DNA of 64,000 bases from Patescibacteria group bacterium (GTDB lineage: Bacteria; Patescibacteriota; Gracilibacteria; Peribacterales; Peribacteraceae), in contig JAHIYH010000045.1 of the NCBI GenBank assembly GCA_018814875.1, positions 13,316 through 77,315 of the forward strand, read 5' to 3'. Both the position numbers and the translations under genes were made by a program. Of this stretch, positions 47,909 through 57,163 are shown in pieces. A model generated the notes under the pieces. That model worked only from the letters and a program-made list of their open reading frames with translations, was not told the DNA's origin and ran no database searches. The first letter of the stretch is position 1. Every line of letters begins with the position of its first letter.

Positions 47909-49255
47909 TCAGTCTTCATCCACATCCACAAACTGATCTCGCATCGTGTATGTGTCGAGTTTGTCTTTTCCGCCGAGAAGTTCGATTACTTTTGGAATAG
48001 CTTCTTCGAACGGTATCTCTTTTTGTTTTCCTGCCGCCATATCTTTCAAAATAATCGTGCCACCTTTTACTTCCATCTTACCAAGCAAGAGCGTGTAGCG
48101 TGCATCAAATTTATCTGCCAAGCGCATCTGACTCTTCAGACTTGCTTCGCCGAGTGCTCCCAATGTGTGTACACCCTTGTCACGAAGTTCTGAGATGAGT
48201 TTTAGGCATGTCTTCTTTGCCTCCGGTCCTAATTGTGCCACAAAGACATCAACTTGGTCTTTGTGTGGAACTTTTATACCAGCTTGTTTCATGTGCCAGA
48301 CTATGCGCTCGAGCCCACCAGCGAAGCCAATGCCAGGCGTAGGTTGTCCTCCAAAGAGTTCTATTAGACCGTCATAGCGTCCACCTCCGCCAACCGCATT
48401 CTGGGAGCCTGTTTCGTTGTCTAGGAATTCAAACACGGTTTGTGTGTAGTAATCTAGTCCTCGTACGAGTGTTGGATTTTCAACGTACTTAATATCCAAT
48501 TCATCCAGATATTCCAGAACTGTTTTGTGATATTCCTTACTCTCATCGTCCAAGAACTGATCCATAGCTGGTGCGTTCTTAAGAAGAATTTGAGTATCCT
48601 CTTCCTTGGAATCCAAAAGTCGAAGAGGATTAGTTTGAAGTCTTGCCTGATCAAGTTCGGGCAGATTACGTTCTTTTCCAATGAAGAAGTCTTTTAGAGC
48701 TTCGGTGTATGCTGCGCGATTCTCCGCGGTCCCAATGTTATTAATATTTAGTTCTAAGCGGTCTAGAATCTTGATGTCACCAAAGATCTTGGCTAGCACA
48801 AGAATTAGCTGCGCATCAATACTTGGATCCTTGAGCCCGATCACTTCCATATTGAATTGATGGAACTGACGGTAGCGTCCTTTCTGTGGGCGATCATGCC
48901 TAAAGCACTGACCAATGGCATATAGTTCCACTGGTTGTGGGAGTTGTTGCATCCCGTGTTCTATGAAGGATCGGCAAATACCGGCAGTAAATTCCGGGCG
49001 TAATGCAAATTTAGCTTCCTCATCTTCCTTTTGCTTGGAGGTAACCAGAAATAGCTCCTTTTCCACGATATCCGTGTGTTCGCCAATTCCACGTTCAAAG
49101 ATTGCTTTGTTCTCGAACATTGGTGTATCAATCCGCTTGTAACCAGCTTGCCTAGCTCTATGACGCACAGCTTTCTTTATATACGTCATGTATTGATGAT
49201 CCTCTGGGAGGACATCGTGTGTGCCTTTCGGTGTTCGGAATAATGGTTGTGACAT
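47909..49255 (-). CDS. hisS: histidine--tRNA ligase
   Basis: class II motifs (FRHDRPQKGRYRQF, GGGGRYDGL), 448 aa. Confidence 0.95.
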   Translation of the reverse strand: MSQPLFRTPKGTHDVLPEDHQYMTYIKKAVRHRARQAGYKRIDTPMFENKAIFERGIGEHTDIVEKELFLVTSKQKEDEEAKFALRPEFTAGICRSFIEHGMQQLPQPVELYAIGQCFRHDRPQKGRYRQFHQFNMEVIGLKDPSIDAQLILVLAKIFGDIKILDRLELNINNIGTAENRAAYTEALKDFFIGKERNLPELDQARLQTNPLRLLDSKEEDTQILLKNAPAMDQFLDDESKEYHKTVLEYLDELDIKYVENPTLVRGLDYYTQTVFEFLDNETGSQNAVGGGGRYDGLIELFGGQPTPGIGFAGGLERIVWHMKQAGIKVPHKDQVDVFVAQLGPEAKKTCLKLISELRDKGVHTLGALGEASLKSQMRLADKFDARYTLLLGKMEVKGGTIILKDMAAGKQKEIPFEEAIPKVIELLGGKDKLDTYTMRDQFVDVDED

Positions 49256-49356
49256 ATGCGGTATCTAGAAGTATAGCAGCTTAGGAGATCCCTCCGTAGC
49301 CTACGCGATAGCGGAGCGAAGGGGGATCGGTGTTCGGAATAAAGGTTGTGACATAT
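49229..49356 (-). repeat. 29-nt direct duplication of the hisS start region bracketing a 70-nt GC-rich insert
   Basis: cggtgttcggaataa(t/a)ggttgtgacatat at 49229..49257 and 49328..49356; insert contains gatccctccgtagcctacgcgatagcggagcgaagggggatc; upstream copy opens the uORF MSQPLFRTPIPLRSAIA* (49301..49354). Confidence 0.75.
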
Positions 49357-49465
49357 AAAGAGGTATTCGATTGTTGAGTGTACCGAAGTTTGGCTATCTA
49401 GCCAAGGGGTATTAAAAAGAGGAATAGTTCGCTGGCTTAGGCCTTTTCCTTTATTATTGGTATTA

Positions 49466-49522
49466 CATGGCGAGAGTAGCTTCAGCCTTCGTCCCGCTGA
49501 GGCGGGACTACGGCCGACAAGC
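49466..49522 (+). repeat. duplicated tRNA-His 5' fragment followed by GC-rich CCTTCG element
   Basis: catggcgagagtagct identical to 49561..49576; followed by cagccttcgtcccgctgaggcgggactacggccgacaagc. Confidence 0.75.
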
Positions 49523-49563
49523 AGTTGGTTCATGTTCATTCTTCAATCATCGTTGCCTATCAT

Positions 49564-49641
49564 GGCGAGAGTAGCTCAGTTGGTTAGAGCGTCCGGTTGT
49601 GGTCCGGAAGGTCGAGGGTTCAAAACCCTTCTCTCGCCCCA
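49564..49641 (+). tRNA. tRNA-His (GUG) with genome-encoded G-1 and CCA
   Basis: hand-folded cloverleaf: acceptor gcgagag/ctctcgc, extra 5' G opposite C73, D arm gctc/gagc, anticodon stem tccgg/ccgga with loop ttGTGgt, T arm gaggg-ttcaaaa-ccctt, 3' CCA. Confidence 0.9.
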
Positions 49642-49697
49642 GATTAAATATAAACACCCCCAAATGACTTTAATCACTTGGGGGCGTCTTTGAATAT

Positions 49698-50549
49698 TTA
49701 TTGATGGCTTGATACTAATCGAGTCCCTTCATCTCCAGATTCAAGAAGTAATAGAATTTTTTCTTTGGTGCCATTGCCAATGTATGCAATTCCATCTGGT
49801 ACTGCTTCAAGATAAGAATGAACTGCTCTAAGTTTTGTATCAAAGCCGCCTGTCCCATCCTTAGATTTATATTGATCGATATATGCAAATTCTCTCGAGT
49901 TTTCAATAGCTATACAAGTATCAATATCTACCTCTGTGACAAGCCGAGAATCGGAGTGCTTTGGATTTCCTGTGAACAAACCATCAACATTTGATAAAAG
50001 AAATAATGCCTTGGCAGAAATTGCACTAGCAAAATCACTCGCAAGACGGTCATTATCATTTAAAATAGGATCTTTTGCTATGAGATCATTACCATTTTCA
50101 ACAAAGAAAATAAGATCATGACCTGTTGATTCTAAGTGTATTGCTTCACGCATTACTGCTTGCAAGTTGGCAATTGCGTCATCCTCTTTGAAGTCACGTC
50201 GAGTTAATATTCCTTCAGAGGTGTGTATACGTTTATCAGTGCCTAAGTCTTTACCGGCATGAATAAAGGCATCTTCCCAACTGCGCATGAGCTTCTTTTG
50301 CCCAATAGTTGAGTAAAGTCGCTTTGCAGCATTCTTATCAAGAAAGCCGCGCTCATTGAATTCTGCTTTACCCAGCACAACTGCGCCTGAAGAGAAAAGT
50401 GCAGTCCATTTGCCTTGCAATCTTCGTTCAATTATTTCTCGTGCAATATTGTATTGTACCTGCTCGTTAATGTGCATGCCATCAACAATGCTGTTAGAAC
50501 CAGCTTTTGCTACGTAGTATTGTACCGATGATGATTCAAAATTATCCAT
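49698..50549 (-). CDS. amino-acid kinase family protein, glutamate 5-kinase-like (no PUA domain)
   Basis: KAGSNSI N-terminus, SSGAVVLG, NDNDRLASDFASAISAKALFLLSNVDGLFTGNPK resembles the ProB core. Confidence 0.55.
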   Translation of the reverse strand: MDNFESSSVQYYVAKAGSNSIVDGMHINEQVQYNIAREIIERRLQGKWTALFSSGAVVLGKAEFNERGFLDKNAAKRLYSTIGQKKLMRSWEDAFIHAGKDLGTDKRIHTSEGILTRRDFKEDDAIANLQAVMREAIHLESTGHDLIFFVENGNDLIAKDPILNDNDRLASDFASAISAKALFLLSNVDGLFTGNPKHSDSRLVTEVDIDTCIAIENSREFAYIDQYKSKDGTGGFDTKLRAVHSYLEAVPDGIAYIGNGTKEKILLLLESGDEGTRLVSSHQ

Positions 50550-50732
50550 AGTAATAAAAAAAGAACATAATAAAAAATTACTACGTGAGACTGAGTACTA
50601 GATTGAATATTGAATTTCTACGAACGCAGTCTCGCTCCAGGAGTTACTGGGCGGGTATTTGTAACCTGCGGCAAGAAATTACCTAATTTCATCAAGTTCA
50701 TATTAAATTACTTTGTTGTTAGTTGTCAATAG

Positions 50733-52568
50733 CTAGTTTTTAGGATGTTCCTGAGTACCTTGATCATGTCCTTCTTTTTTCTGCTCTTCCTCCACACTTT
50801 CAGCTCTCAAGAACGCTACAGGCTCATCATCCGATTTAGGAGGTTCTTGAGCCAGAGGTTCATTTGGTGCAGATTCCTGATCGTTACCGGTTTGTAACCA
50901 TTCTGGTACGGGGCCTTCGGGATTGGATTCGGGTGTAGGGCGTTGGGTGTTGGGTGTTGGTTCGGGCGTGGGTTCGGGTTTGGGCGTGGGTTTGGGCGTA
51001 GGGCGTTGGGCGTTGGGCGTGGGCTTGGGTTCGGGCTTCGCGGGGCGAGCGGGTTCGGATTCGGGTTCGGGTTCGGGTTCGATTGGAGCTGGTGTTGGTT
51101 CAGGAGCTGCAGGTGGCTTAGGTTCTTCTTGAGCTTTAGTAGCTTCTACTTTTTCTGCTGTTGGTTGTAGCCATGGGGGGAGGTTTGGTTCGGGCTGAGG
51201 CTGAGGCTGGGGCTTGGGCGTAGGGCGTGGGGTGTCCGTCTCGGCGCGGCCGATCCGCGACGGATTGGGCGTGGGCTGAACGGGTTCGGGCTTGGGCTTG
51301 GGCTTGGGCTGGGGCTTGGGTTCGGGTTCGGGTGTTGGTTCTTCAATCACTTCTGCTTCTTCTATAATTTCCATTGGAGGAAGAGTTTCTTCTTCATCAT
51401 TTTCTTTACCAACTATCTTTTGTTCAGCTGCTTCCAATTTTTCTTGCAAGGAAGATCCTCTCTTCAATTTGGAAATCAGGAAGACCACTACTATACCAAG
51501 AAGGACAGCGATTCCTCCCACTAGCGCAACCTTAAGAAGAAGCCCTAGGAGTGAGCCTTTGTCTGTATTATCTTCTGGTTTATCATCTGGTGTAATTGGA
51601 GATGCTGGGACAGTTGTTACTATTATAGTTTCCGATACTTCATTGGACGATTCGCCATTTTCCAAGTTGCGAACAATCAAACGTACTGTGTATGTGCCAT
51701 TGCGTGTATATTTGTGCACAGGTGCATCGAGTAAACTCTGTTTGCCATCTCCAAAGTCCCACTGAAAAAGAGCAGGATAGGAAATATTTTCTCTAAGTTT
51801 GGTTGCGAATGAATACACTCCTCCTTGTAGATCGGATGATTCGATAGCGGTTGTTTTTTGTTCAACTGCATCTTCCTGATTAGCTGTACGACTATCTACC
51901 AAGCGAATCTGTTGCGTTTGAGTAGTGTCGTCTTTGAATATTGCTCTTAGTGTGAGTGTGTGATCGGACTTTGGTGTAGTGAACCATACAAAGAGTGGAG
52001 TGGCTTTGTTTGCAAAGTAGGTGCCGGCAACATCGTTGTTGTTGGTTGGATCTCCATGATTATCACTATCTACCTTTGCATCAAGATCCAATGTGAATTT
52101 GGTTATATCCTCATCAGCGGATTCCATTTGGAGAACCATTTGATCAGCAGAAGAAATGATTCTGTTATTCTTATCAAGGCTTGGATGTGTGGTGACGAGC
52201 GTATCATTTTTATCTTGTGGTTGAGTTGTATCTCTATTTTCTGCAGGAACAGATATAAGAATCACATTCTGTATTCGTTGCGTTCCATCGGGACTTGAAA
52301 TTTCTGCATTGAGAGAATAATTCCCTGCCTCTATGAGTCTGTATCGAAATAGAGAATCACGTTTTGCTTCTACAAATGTACCATCGCGCGATAGGATCCA
52401 ACTGTATTGTGGGGATGCGATGGAATGCTGTGCGACTATCTCGAAGATCGATCCGCGTTGGAGTGTAAATGGTGCTTGTGATTGTGCTGCAAGTGTCGCA
52501 CATGTTAGAACTACCATTCCGCCAAGAGTCGTAAGGATCGCAAGCCGTTGGAGTAGAGGGTGACGCAT
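50733..52568 (-). CDS. single-pass membrane protein with PKD-like domain and Pro-rich repetitive C-terminal tail
   Basis: signal peptide; FQWDFGDGKQS...HKYTRNGTYTVRL (PKD); TM LLGLLLKVALVGGIAVLLGIVVVFLI; PEPKPQPKPKPKPEP / PTPKPTPKPEPTPEP repeats. Confidence 0.75.
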   Translation of the reverse strand: MRHPLLQRLAILTTLGGMVVLTCATLAAQSQAPFTLQRGSIFEIVAQHSIASPQYSWILSRDGTFVEAKRDSLFRYRLIEAGNYSLNAEISSPDGTQRIQNVILISVPAENRDTTQPQDKNDTLVTTHPSLDKNNRIISSADQMVLQMESADEDITKFTLDLDAKVDSDNHGDPTNNNDVAGTYFANKATPLFVWFTTPKSDHTLTLRAIFKDDTTQTQQIRLVDSRTANQEDAVEQKTTAIESSDLQGGVYSFATKLRENISYPALFQWDFGDGKQSLLDAPVHKYTRNGTYTVRLIVRNLENGESSNEVSETIIVTTVPASPITPDDKPEDNTDKGSLLGLLLKVALVGGIAVLLGIVVVFLISKLKRGSSLQEKLEAAEQKIVGKENDEEETLPPMEIIEEAEVIEEPTPEPEPKPQPKPKPKPEPVQPTPNPSRIGRAETDTPRPTPKPQPQPQPEPNLPPWLQPTAEKVEATKAQEEPKPPAAPEPTPAPIEPEPEPESEPARPAKPEPKPTPNAQRPTPKPTPKPEPTPEPTPNTQRPTPESNPEGPVPEWLQTGNDQESAPNEPLAQEPPKSDDEPVAFLRAESVEEEQKKEGHDQGTQEHPKN

Positions 52569-52571
52569 GGT

Positions 52572-53003
52572 TTAACTAGGGTCAGGAGGAAGAGTCTCGC
52601 CTCCTTCTCCGGTATTAATGACGAATTGCACAATAGCTCCAGCGAGGATAATCACCAGAAGTCCGACAATTGTGTAAATAATTATTTTCTTTGCTTTTTC
52701 TATTGAGGTATCAGAACCTGCGCCGGCGATAAGATATATGCCACCAATGATGATAACGATTGTGGCAAGGAGTGCTACATACGTTAGTAAATCCGTAATA
52801 ACATCTACGATAAAATCTTTTATGGATGAATCTTCACCTACACCTTCTATGCCTGTGATTAGGTCAGCATCACCCAGACCGCTTCTAACTGTATCCGTGG
52901 CCGAATTTGCTAATGGAATAAATAAAGTAGTACTTAATGCAATCATTGCAGCTATGCATGTGCATTTTAACTGTTGCCGATGTAAGAGTAGATATGTGTT
53001 CAT
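52572..53003 (-). CDS. TrbC/VirB2-like T4SS pilin family protein
   Basis: signal peptide plus two C-terminal TM helices flanking GAGSDTSIEKAKKIIIYTIVGLLVIILAGAIVQFV. Confidence 0.7.
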   Translation of the reverse strand: MNTYLLLHRQQLKCTCIAAMIALSTTLFIPLANSATDTVRSGLGDADLITGIEGVGEDSSIKDFIVDVITDLLTYVALLATIVIIIGGIYLIAGAGSDTSIEKAKKIIIYTIVGLLVIILAGAIVQFVINTGEGGETLPPDPS

Positions 53004-53419
53004 ATTTCACCAGTGGATTGACCCATTCCAAGGGACTTAATAAGTTCAACGAATACTTTGGAGAGAATAATTACCAAGAGGCCAACGATTGTGTAAATAA
53101 TTATTTTTTTTGCAGTCTCTTTAGAGGTGTCGCTTCCCATTCCCAAGATGAGATAGAAGCCTGCAATAATAATTACAGTAACGGCAAGAAGAGAAACAAA
53201 GGTTAGTGCTTCGTTTACAATATTGCTGATGGCTACTTTTAAGCTAATTGCGTTACCAACACCAAGGTCTTCACCTGCTTGATTGATACCTCCTTGGATT
53301 CCTTCTCCTGAATATACCGAAGCTAAAGCATTACTTGCTGAGGCAATCCAGACAGCACCTGAGAGTGCTAGGTTTATCAGTAATTGTTTCGGATGCATGG
53401 CGAGAGATGTAATAGTCAT
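53000..53419 (-). CDS. TrbC/VirB2-like T4SS pilin family protein
   Basis: same layout: LLAVTVIIIAGFYLILGMGSDTSKETAKKIIIYTIVGLLVIIL. Confidence 0.7.
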   Translation of the reverse strand: MTITSLAMHPKQLLINLALSGAVWIASASNALASVYSGEGIQGGINQAGEDLGVGNAISLKVAISNIVNEALTFVSLLAVTVIIIAGFYLILGMGSDTSKETAKKIIIYTIVGLLVIILSKVFVELIKSLGMGQSTGEI

Positions 53420-53468
53420 AATTCCTACTATGATAGCAGAAAATGGCTTTTGACGCTACTCTAGGGAC

Positions 53469-54464
53469 GTGTTACCTCAGTCACCATCAAGGTTTCTTTC
53501 TCAGGCTAAGACACAGGCGTTTCTCGTCTCAGATCTTGTAAATATTCGATATTTGACAGGATTAGATTTAAGTTATGGTTTCGTGCTTGTGACTTCTCGT
53601 GCATTCCGTTTATTTGTAGATGATCGTTACAAGGAGGAGGCAGCCGAGAGCATACAGAATTCTGTACATGTGTTGGATATAGATGATCTGGAGAAATATT
53701 TGAACAAATGTAGCCAATGTGGCTTTGAATCTAATAAGGTAACAGTCGAACAATTACGCAAGTGGAAGAGCAAATATAAGAACACAAAATTTGTTCGAAG
53801 GAAGGGTGTTATTGAAGAATTTCGTAGGCAGAAAAGTGATAGTGAACTCAGGCGATTTAGTCGTGCTCAACGTATTACTAAAGAGATGCTAAGGCGTGTT
53901 CCAGCTGCTCTTCGTTTGTATCCAACAGAAAAAAAGCTAGCGTGGAATTTGGAGAGTTGGGCAAGGGAACTTGGAGCGGACTCACTTTCTTTTGAACCTA
54001 TTGTTGCATTTGGCACTAACACCAGTCGTCCGCATCATCATGCAACTAACAGGAAACTTAAGAAGGGGCACATAGTTCAGATTGATGTAGGTGCAAGGTA
54101 CAAAGGATACTGTGCAGATCGTAGCGAAGTGTTTTTCACTGCTCAGCCTACAAGTTTGCAGAAAAAAGTTTATCGTGCAGTAGAAGAAGCAAAAGAAGCT
54201 GCGCTCGAAAAAGTTCGAGCAGGTGTTACTACGCATATACTTGATAGAGCTGCTCGAAAAGTTTTGGAAGAGTATGACTTGGAAAAATATTTCACGCATG
54301 CACTTGGGCATGGTGTTGGATTGGAAGTACACGAAGGTGTATTGCTTACGCAGAATGCACCGCGCAAAAAATTGCTCGAACATGAAATCGTCACAATAGA
54401 ACCAGGAGTCTATCTGCCAGGAAAATTTGGCATCAGGCTAGAGGAAGAAGTTGTAGTGATCTGA
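53469..54464 (+). CDS. M24 family Xaa-Pro aminopeptidase/dipeptidase
   Basis: creatinase-like N domain plus pita-bread domain with HALGHGVGLEVHE and IEPGVY motifs; GTG start. Confidence 0.8.
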   Translation: MLPQSPSRFLSQAKTQAFLVSDLVNIRYLTGLDLSYGFVLVTSRAFRLFVDDRYKEEAAESIQNSVHVLDIDDLEKYLNKCSQCGFESNKVTVEQLRKWKSKYKNTKFVRRKGVIEEFRRQKSDSELRRFSRAQRITKEMLRRVPAALRLYPTEKKLAWNLESWARELGADSLSFEPIVAFGTNTSRPHHHATNRKLKKGHIVQIDVGARYKGYCADRSEVFFTAQPTSLQKKVYRAVEEAKEAALEKVRAGVTTHILDRAARKVLEEYDLEKYFTHALGHGVGLEVHEGVLLTQNAPRKKLLEHEIVTIEPGVYLPGKFGIRLEEEVVVI

Positions 54465-54469
54465 TACGA

Positions 54470-54832
54470 TCAAGTAGTAGTACCTTGTACGGCTGTACCG
54501 ACGAATTGGACAATGGCTCCTGCAATAATGATCAGAATAAGACCTACAATTGCCCAGAGGATTGTCTTCTTCGCTTTTTCTAACGCAGTATCATCTCCTT
54601 GCGAGACAACCATTCGGACACCTGCAATAATGATAACGATCGTGGCAACCAATGCCATCAATTTCAGAAGTCCTACTACAACATTTGTTACTGTGTCTTC
54701 AATAGTTCCGGTTCCACTAGATAGACCTTCTGGGACTTCACCCAAGTCGATTGCAAAGGCATACGCTGTTGTTGAGAACCAGAGATAAAGTGCTGTTGAT
54801 GATCGCAAGAAATTATTCTTCAAAGATGTCAT
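54470..54832 (-). CDS. TrbC/VirB2-like T4SS pilin family protein
   Basis: LMALVATIVIIIAGVRMVVSQGDDTALEKAKKTILWAIVGLILIIIAGAIVQFV. Confidence 0.7.
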   Translation of the reverse strand: MTSLKNNFLRSSTALYLWFSTTAYAFAIDLGEVPEGLSSGTGTIEDTVTNVVVGLLKLMALVATIVIIIAGVRMVVSQGDDTALEKAKKTILWAIVGLILIIIAGAIVQFVGTAVQGTTT

Positions 54833-54999
54833 AGTCGATAGGGGGAAGACTTTTTTCTATTCTCTTTCAAAAGAGTACTGCTTGGCAAGGTGCTCTTTTA
54901 TGTAGAGGCGTACTATAACTTGACGATACGTATGTAATATTTGCTGATGGGCTTATAAGTGGCTTATTTGCTTAATTTTAGCTTAAGTATGCTGAATGG

Positions 55000-55073
55000 C
55001 TATCAACAATCAACAATCAACAGTCAACAATCCACCTTCAACGAAGTTGTTGATAGTTGATAGTGGAAGGTGG
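55000..55073. repeat. hairpin with (CAACAAT)n arms
   Basis: ctatcaacaatcaacaatcaacagtcaacaatccaccttcaac versus gttgttgatagttgatagtggaaggtgg. Confidence 0.65.
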
Positions 55074-55249
55074 TTTACTGTCTTTTAGATGTATCGAAAG
55101 TTTAATATCCCATTTGCAATGTGGTACTAATAGGTGTGTGAAGAAATATATACATTCTATTTCTATTAATAAGTTATCAAGGTTTGTCACTTGTACACGG
55201 AAGCCAAAAAAGTGTTCTTGTGCTAGAATAGTGAGATTCTTACTTGTCT

Positions 55250-56650
55250 ATGAACCAAAAAAGATTTTCTTTACCGCGCATTCCACGTCACGTAATTGCA
55301 ATCTTCGTGGCAGTGATCGTAGTAGCTCCGGTTAAAACCTTGAGTGACGAAGATCCGTTCAATGGAATAGAACCTTTTGAGCAAGAGTTTTTGATCACGG
55401 CGTACTATTCACCAATCCCAGGACAATGTTGCTATGTAAAAGGGGGACTTAAAGCTGATAAGATTCTAAATGGTGAAGGATTAATTGCAGCCGATGGAAC
55501 AGGAGTGTATCCGGGAATGATTGCAGCACCTCCTAGTTATAAATTTGGTACACATATTGCGCTTCCTGGGTTGGGTATGTTTGAAGTTCACGATCGTGGT
55601 GGAGCTATTCTGGAACGTGAAGATGGCGTGCATCGTTTGGACATTTGGGTGGGACATGGCGAAGAAGGATTAGCGCGTGCACTTACTTTTGGATTGCAGA
55701 GTTTTACAGGAACCGTCTATCCAACAGGTGGACCGCAACCGCAGACAAGTTTTCTTTTCGATTCACTTCCGCTCTTCTTCGCGCGTTTGAATCCTTACAA
55801 ACCGTCTGATGGGAATTTCTTATCAGTTCGTCCAAAACTTGGTGATCGTGGTCTTTCTGTGATGATGTTACAAGAACACTTAAAAGCGGCAGGGTACTTT
55901 GATCATTCGGAGACAGATTTATTTGGACCAGAGACTCAGCGTAGTCTTGCAGGATTTATTCGAGATTATCAACTTGATGAGCCCGAAGATGAGTTAACAG
56001 AAAAGACTGCTGCATATCTACTTGCTGCATCTTACAGAAGTGATGCACGCGATCCTGTTGGTGGATATGTGGACAAGTCATCTGCACCAAGTGTTGTTAC
56101 CGAAGCACAACGTATTTTGCGTTTCCTTGGATACTACAAAGGGAGAACAGATGGTGAATATTCAGATGAACTTGCGAGCACCATTCTCAAATTTCAACAG
56201 GATAACAAGTTAGTTGGAACCATAAATGATCCGGGTGCAGGACGCATTGGTCCGATTACTACTAAGGCACTTGAACTTGCATGGAACAGAAAGCTTGTTG
56301 CAAAAAGAGCCGAGAGACTTTTTGATCTCAAGCGCATAGAAGATATGTTGGTGGATCGCGGAGAAATTATTGAACGTTATCTGGGAGAAGGTGAAGGTTG
56401 GTCAGAAGTACGTCAATTGCAGCAGATTTTAGCGGATAAAGGATATTTCCCGTCAGATCTCATTTCAGGATACTTTGGAGGGCAAACTCGTGAAGCTGTT
56501 TTGAGTTATCAAATGTCGCATGGGCTTATTTCGGGTCCCGATGATGTAGCGGCTGGATTTGTAGGTCCAATGACGCTTGAACAAATGAATAAGGAACGTG
56601 TGCGTGAATATTACAGTTTGATGCGAGCTGAGGGGTGGGGAGCGCTATAG
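55250..56650 (+). CDS. 3D-domain (MltA/YocH-like) protein with three peptidoglycan-binding repeats
   Basis: ITAYYSP...ADGTGV...GTHIALPGLG.FEVHDRGGAI (3D domain) followed by three LQ..L...GYF...G.FG..T..A...FQ repeats; ATG 55250 preferred over TTG 55244. Confidence 0.75.
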   Translation: MNQKRFSLPRIPRHVIAIFVAVIVVAPVKTLSDEDPFNGIEPFEQEFLITAYYSPIPGQCCYVKGGLKADKILNGEGLIAADGTGVYPGMIAAPPSYKFGTHIALPGLGMFEVHDRGGAILEREDGVHRLDIWVGHGEEGLARALTFGLQSFTGTVYPTGGPQPQTSFLFDSLPLFFARLNPYKPSDGNFLSVRPKLGDRGLSVMMLQEHLKAAGYFDHSETDLFGPETQRSLAGFIRDYQLDEPEDELTEKTAAYLLAASYRSDARDPVGGYVDKSSAPSVVTEAQRILRFLGYYKGRTDGEYSDELASTILKFQQDNKLVGTINDPGAGRIGPITTKALELAWNRKLVAKRAERLFDLKRIEDMLVDRGEIIERYLGEGEGWSEVRQLQQILADKGYFPSDLISGYFGGQTREAVLSYQMSHGLISGPDDVAAGFVGPMTLEQMNKERVREYYSLMRAEGWGAL

Positions 56651-56670
56651 TGCGAAGAGAAAGTAACTAC

Positions 56671-56813
56671 TCACTGTGTTTGCATAAAATGAGCTAAAGC
56701 TCATATTTCCTGCACGTTAACCCCGCATTTAAATGCGGGGTTAACGACTTATAGTTTGGGCTTTAGCCATTTATAAAAACCAATCAGTTGTGAGGTCATA
56801 CAGTCAGTTGACA
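56671..56813. mobile_element. MITE-like palindromic element, copy 2 (inverted relative to copy 1, central loop deleted)
   Basis: tcactgtgtttgcataaaatgagctaaagc...gttaaccccgcatttaaatgcggggttaacg...gggctttagcc...cagtcagttgac aligns with the reverse complement of 6577..6747. Confidence 0.6.
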
Positions 56814-56842
56814 CTACACTTTGTCAATGGAACAATCCTACT

Positions 56843-57091
56843 ATGCATAGAGAAGATTTTTGTAATCAGCCCGATGTGCAGTGTAGTTACCATTCATATG
56901 GAAATTGTCGTAATACGATTGTTCTTAATAATGGTGGCCAGGTACAAAGATTGTTTGAAGGGGAGTGTAGTCATGCAATGGTTGGTGGTGAATCGGGGAC
57001 ACTGACAAGTGAGGGTTTTGAAGTAGATTCTAAAGATCCAAAAGGCTTAGAGAGGTTTTTGAGTGTTGCCTGTGCACAAAGTAAACGTTAA
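56843..57091 (+). CDS. possible small Cys-rich protein (82 aa)
   Basis: ORF only; 6 Cys; no RBS or homology that I can see. Confidence 0.25.
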   Translation: MHREDFCNQPDVQCSYHSYGNCRNTIVLNNGGQVQRLFEGECSHAMVGGESGTLTSEGFEVDSKDPKGLERFLSVACAQSKR

Positions 57092-57163
57092 TTGTCGGGT
57101 TTAGTTTCTAGATAGTGAATTACGTCAATTGATATTTGAAAAAGTTTTCTGCAAGCTACCGTC

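Noticed and set aside
49466-49522. Second tRNA gene upstream of tRNA-His
   Set aside because: Only the first about 16-19 nt match a tRNA. The rest cannot form anticodon or T arms, so it is treated as a duplicated 5' fragment.
49256-49563. T-box leader controlling hisS
   Set aside because: No T-box sequence (AANNNGGGTGGTACCGCG-like) and no specifier-loop architecture is visible. The GC-rich part is explained by the repeat insertion.
50923-51346. Gly-rich plus-strand ORFs (GVGSGLGVGLG...) and a minus-strand PNPSPSPSP ORF
   Set aside because: They are alternative-frame or antisense readings of the Pro-rich repeat region of the 611-aa membrane protein.
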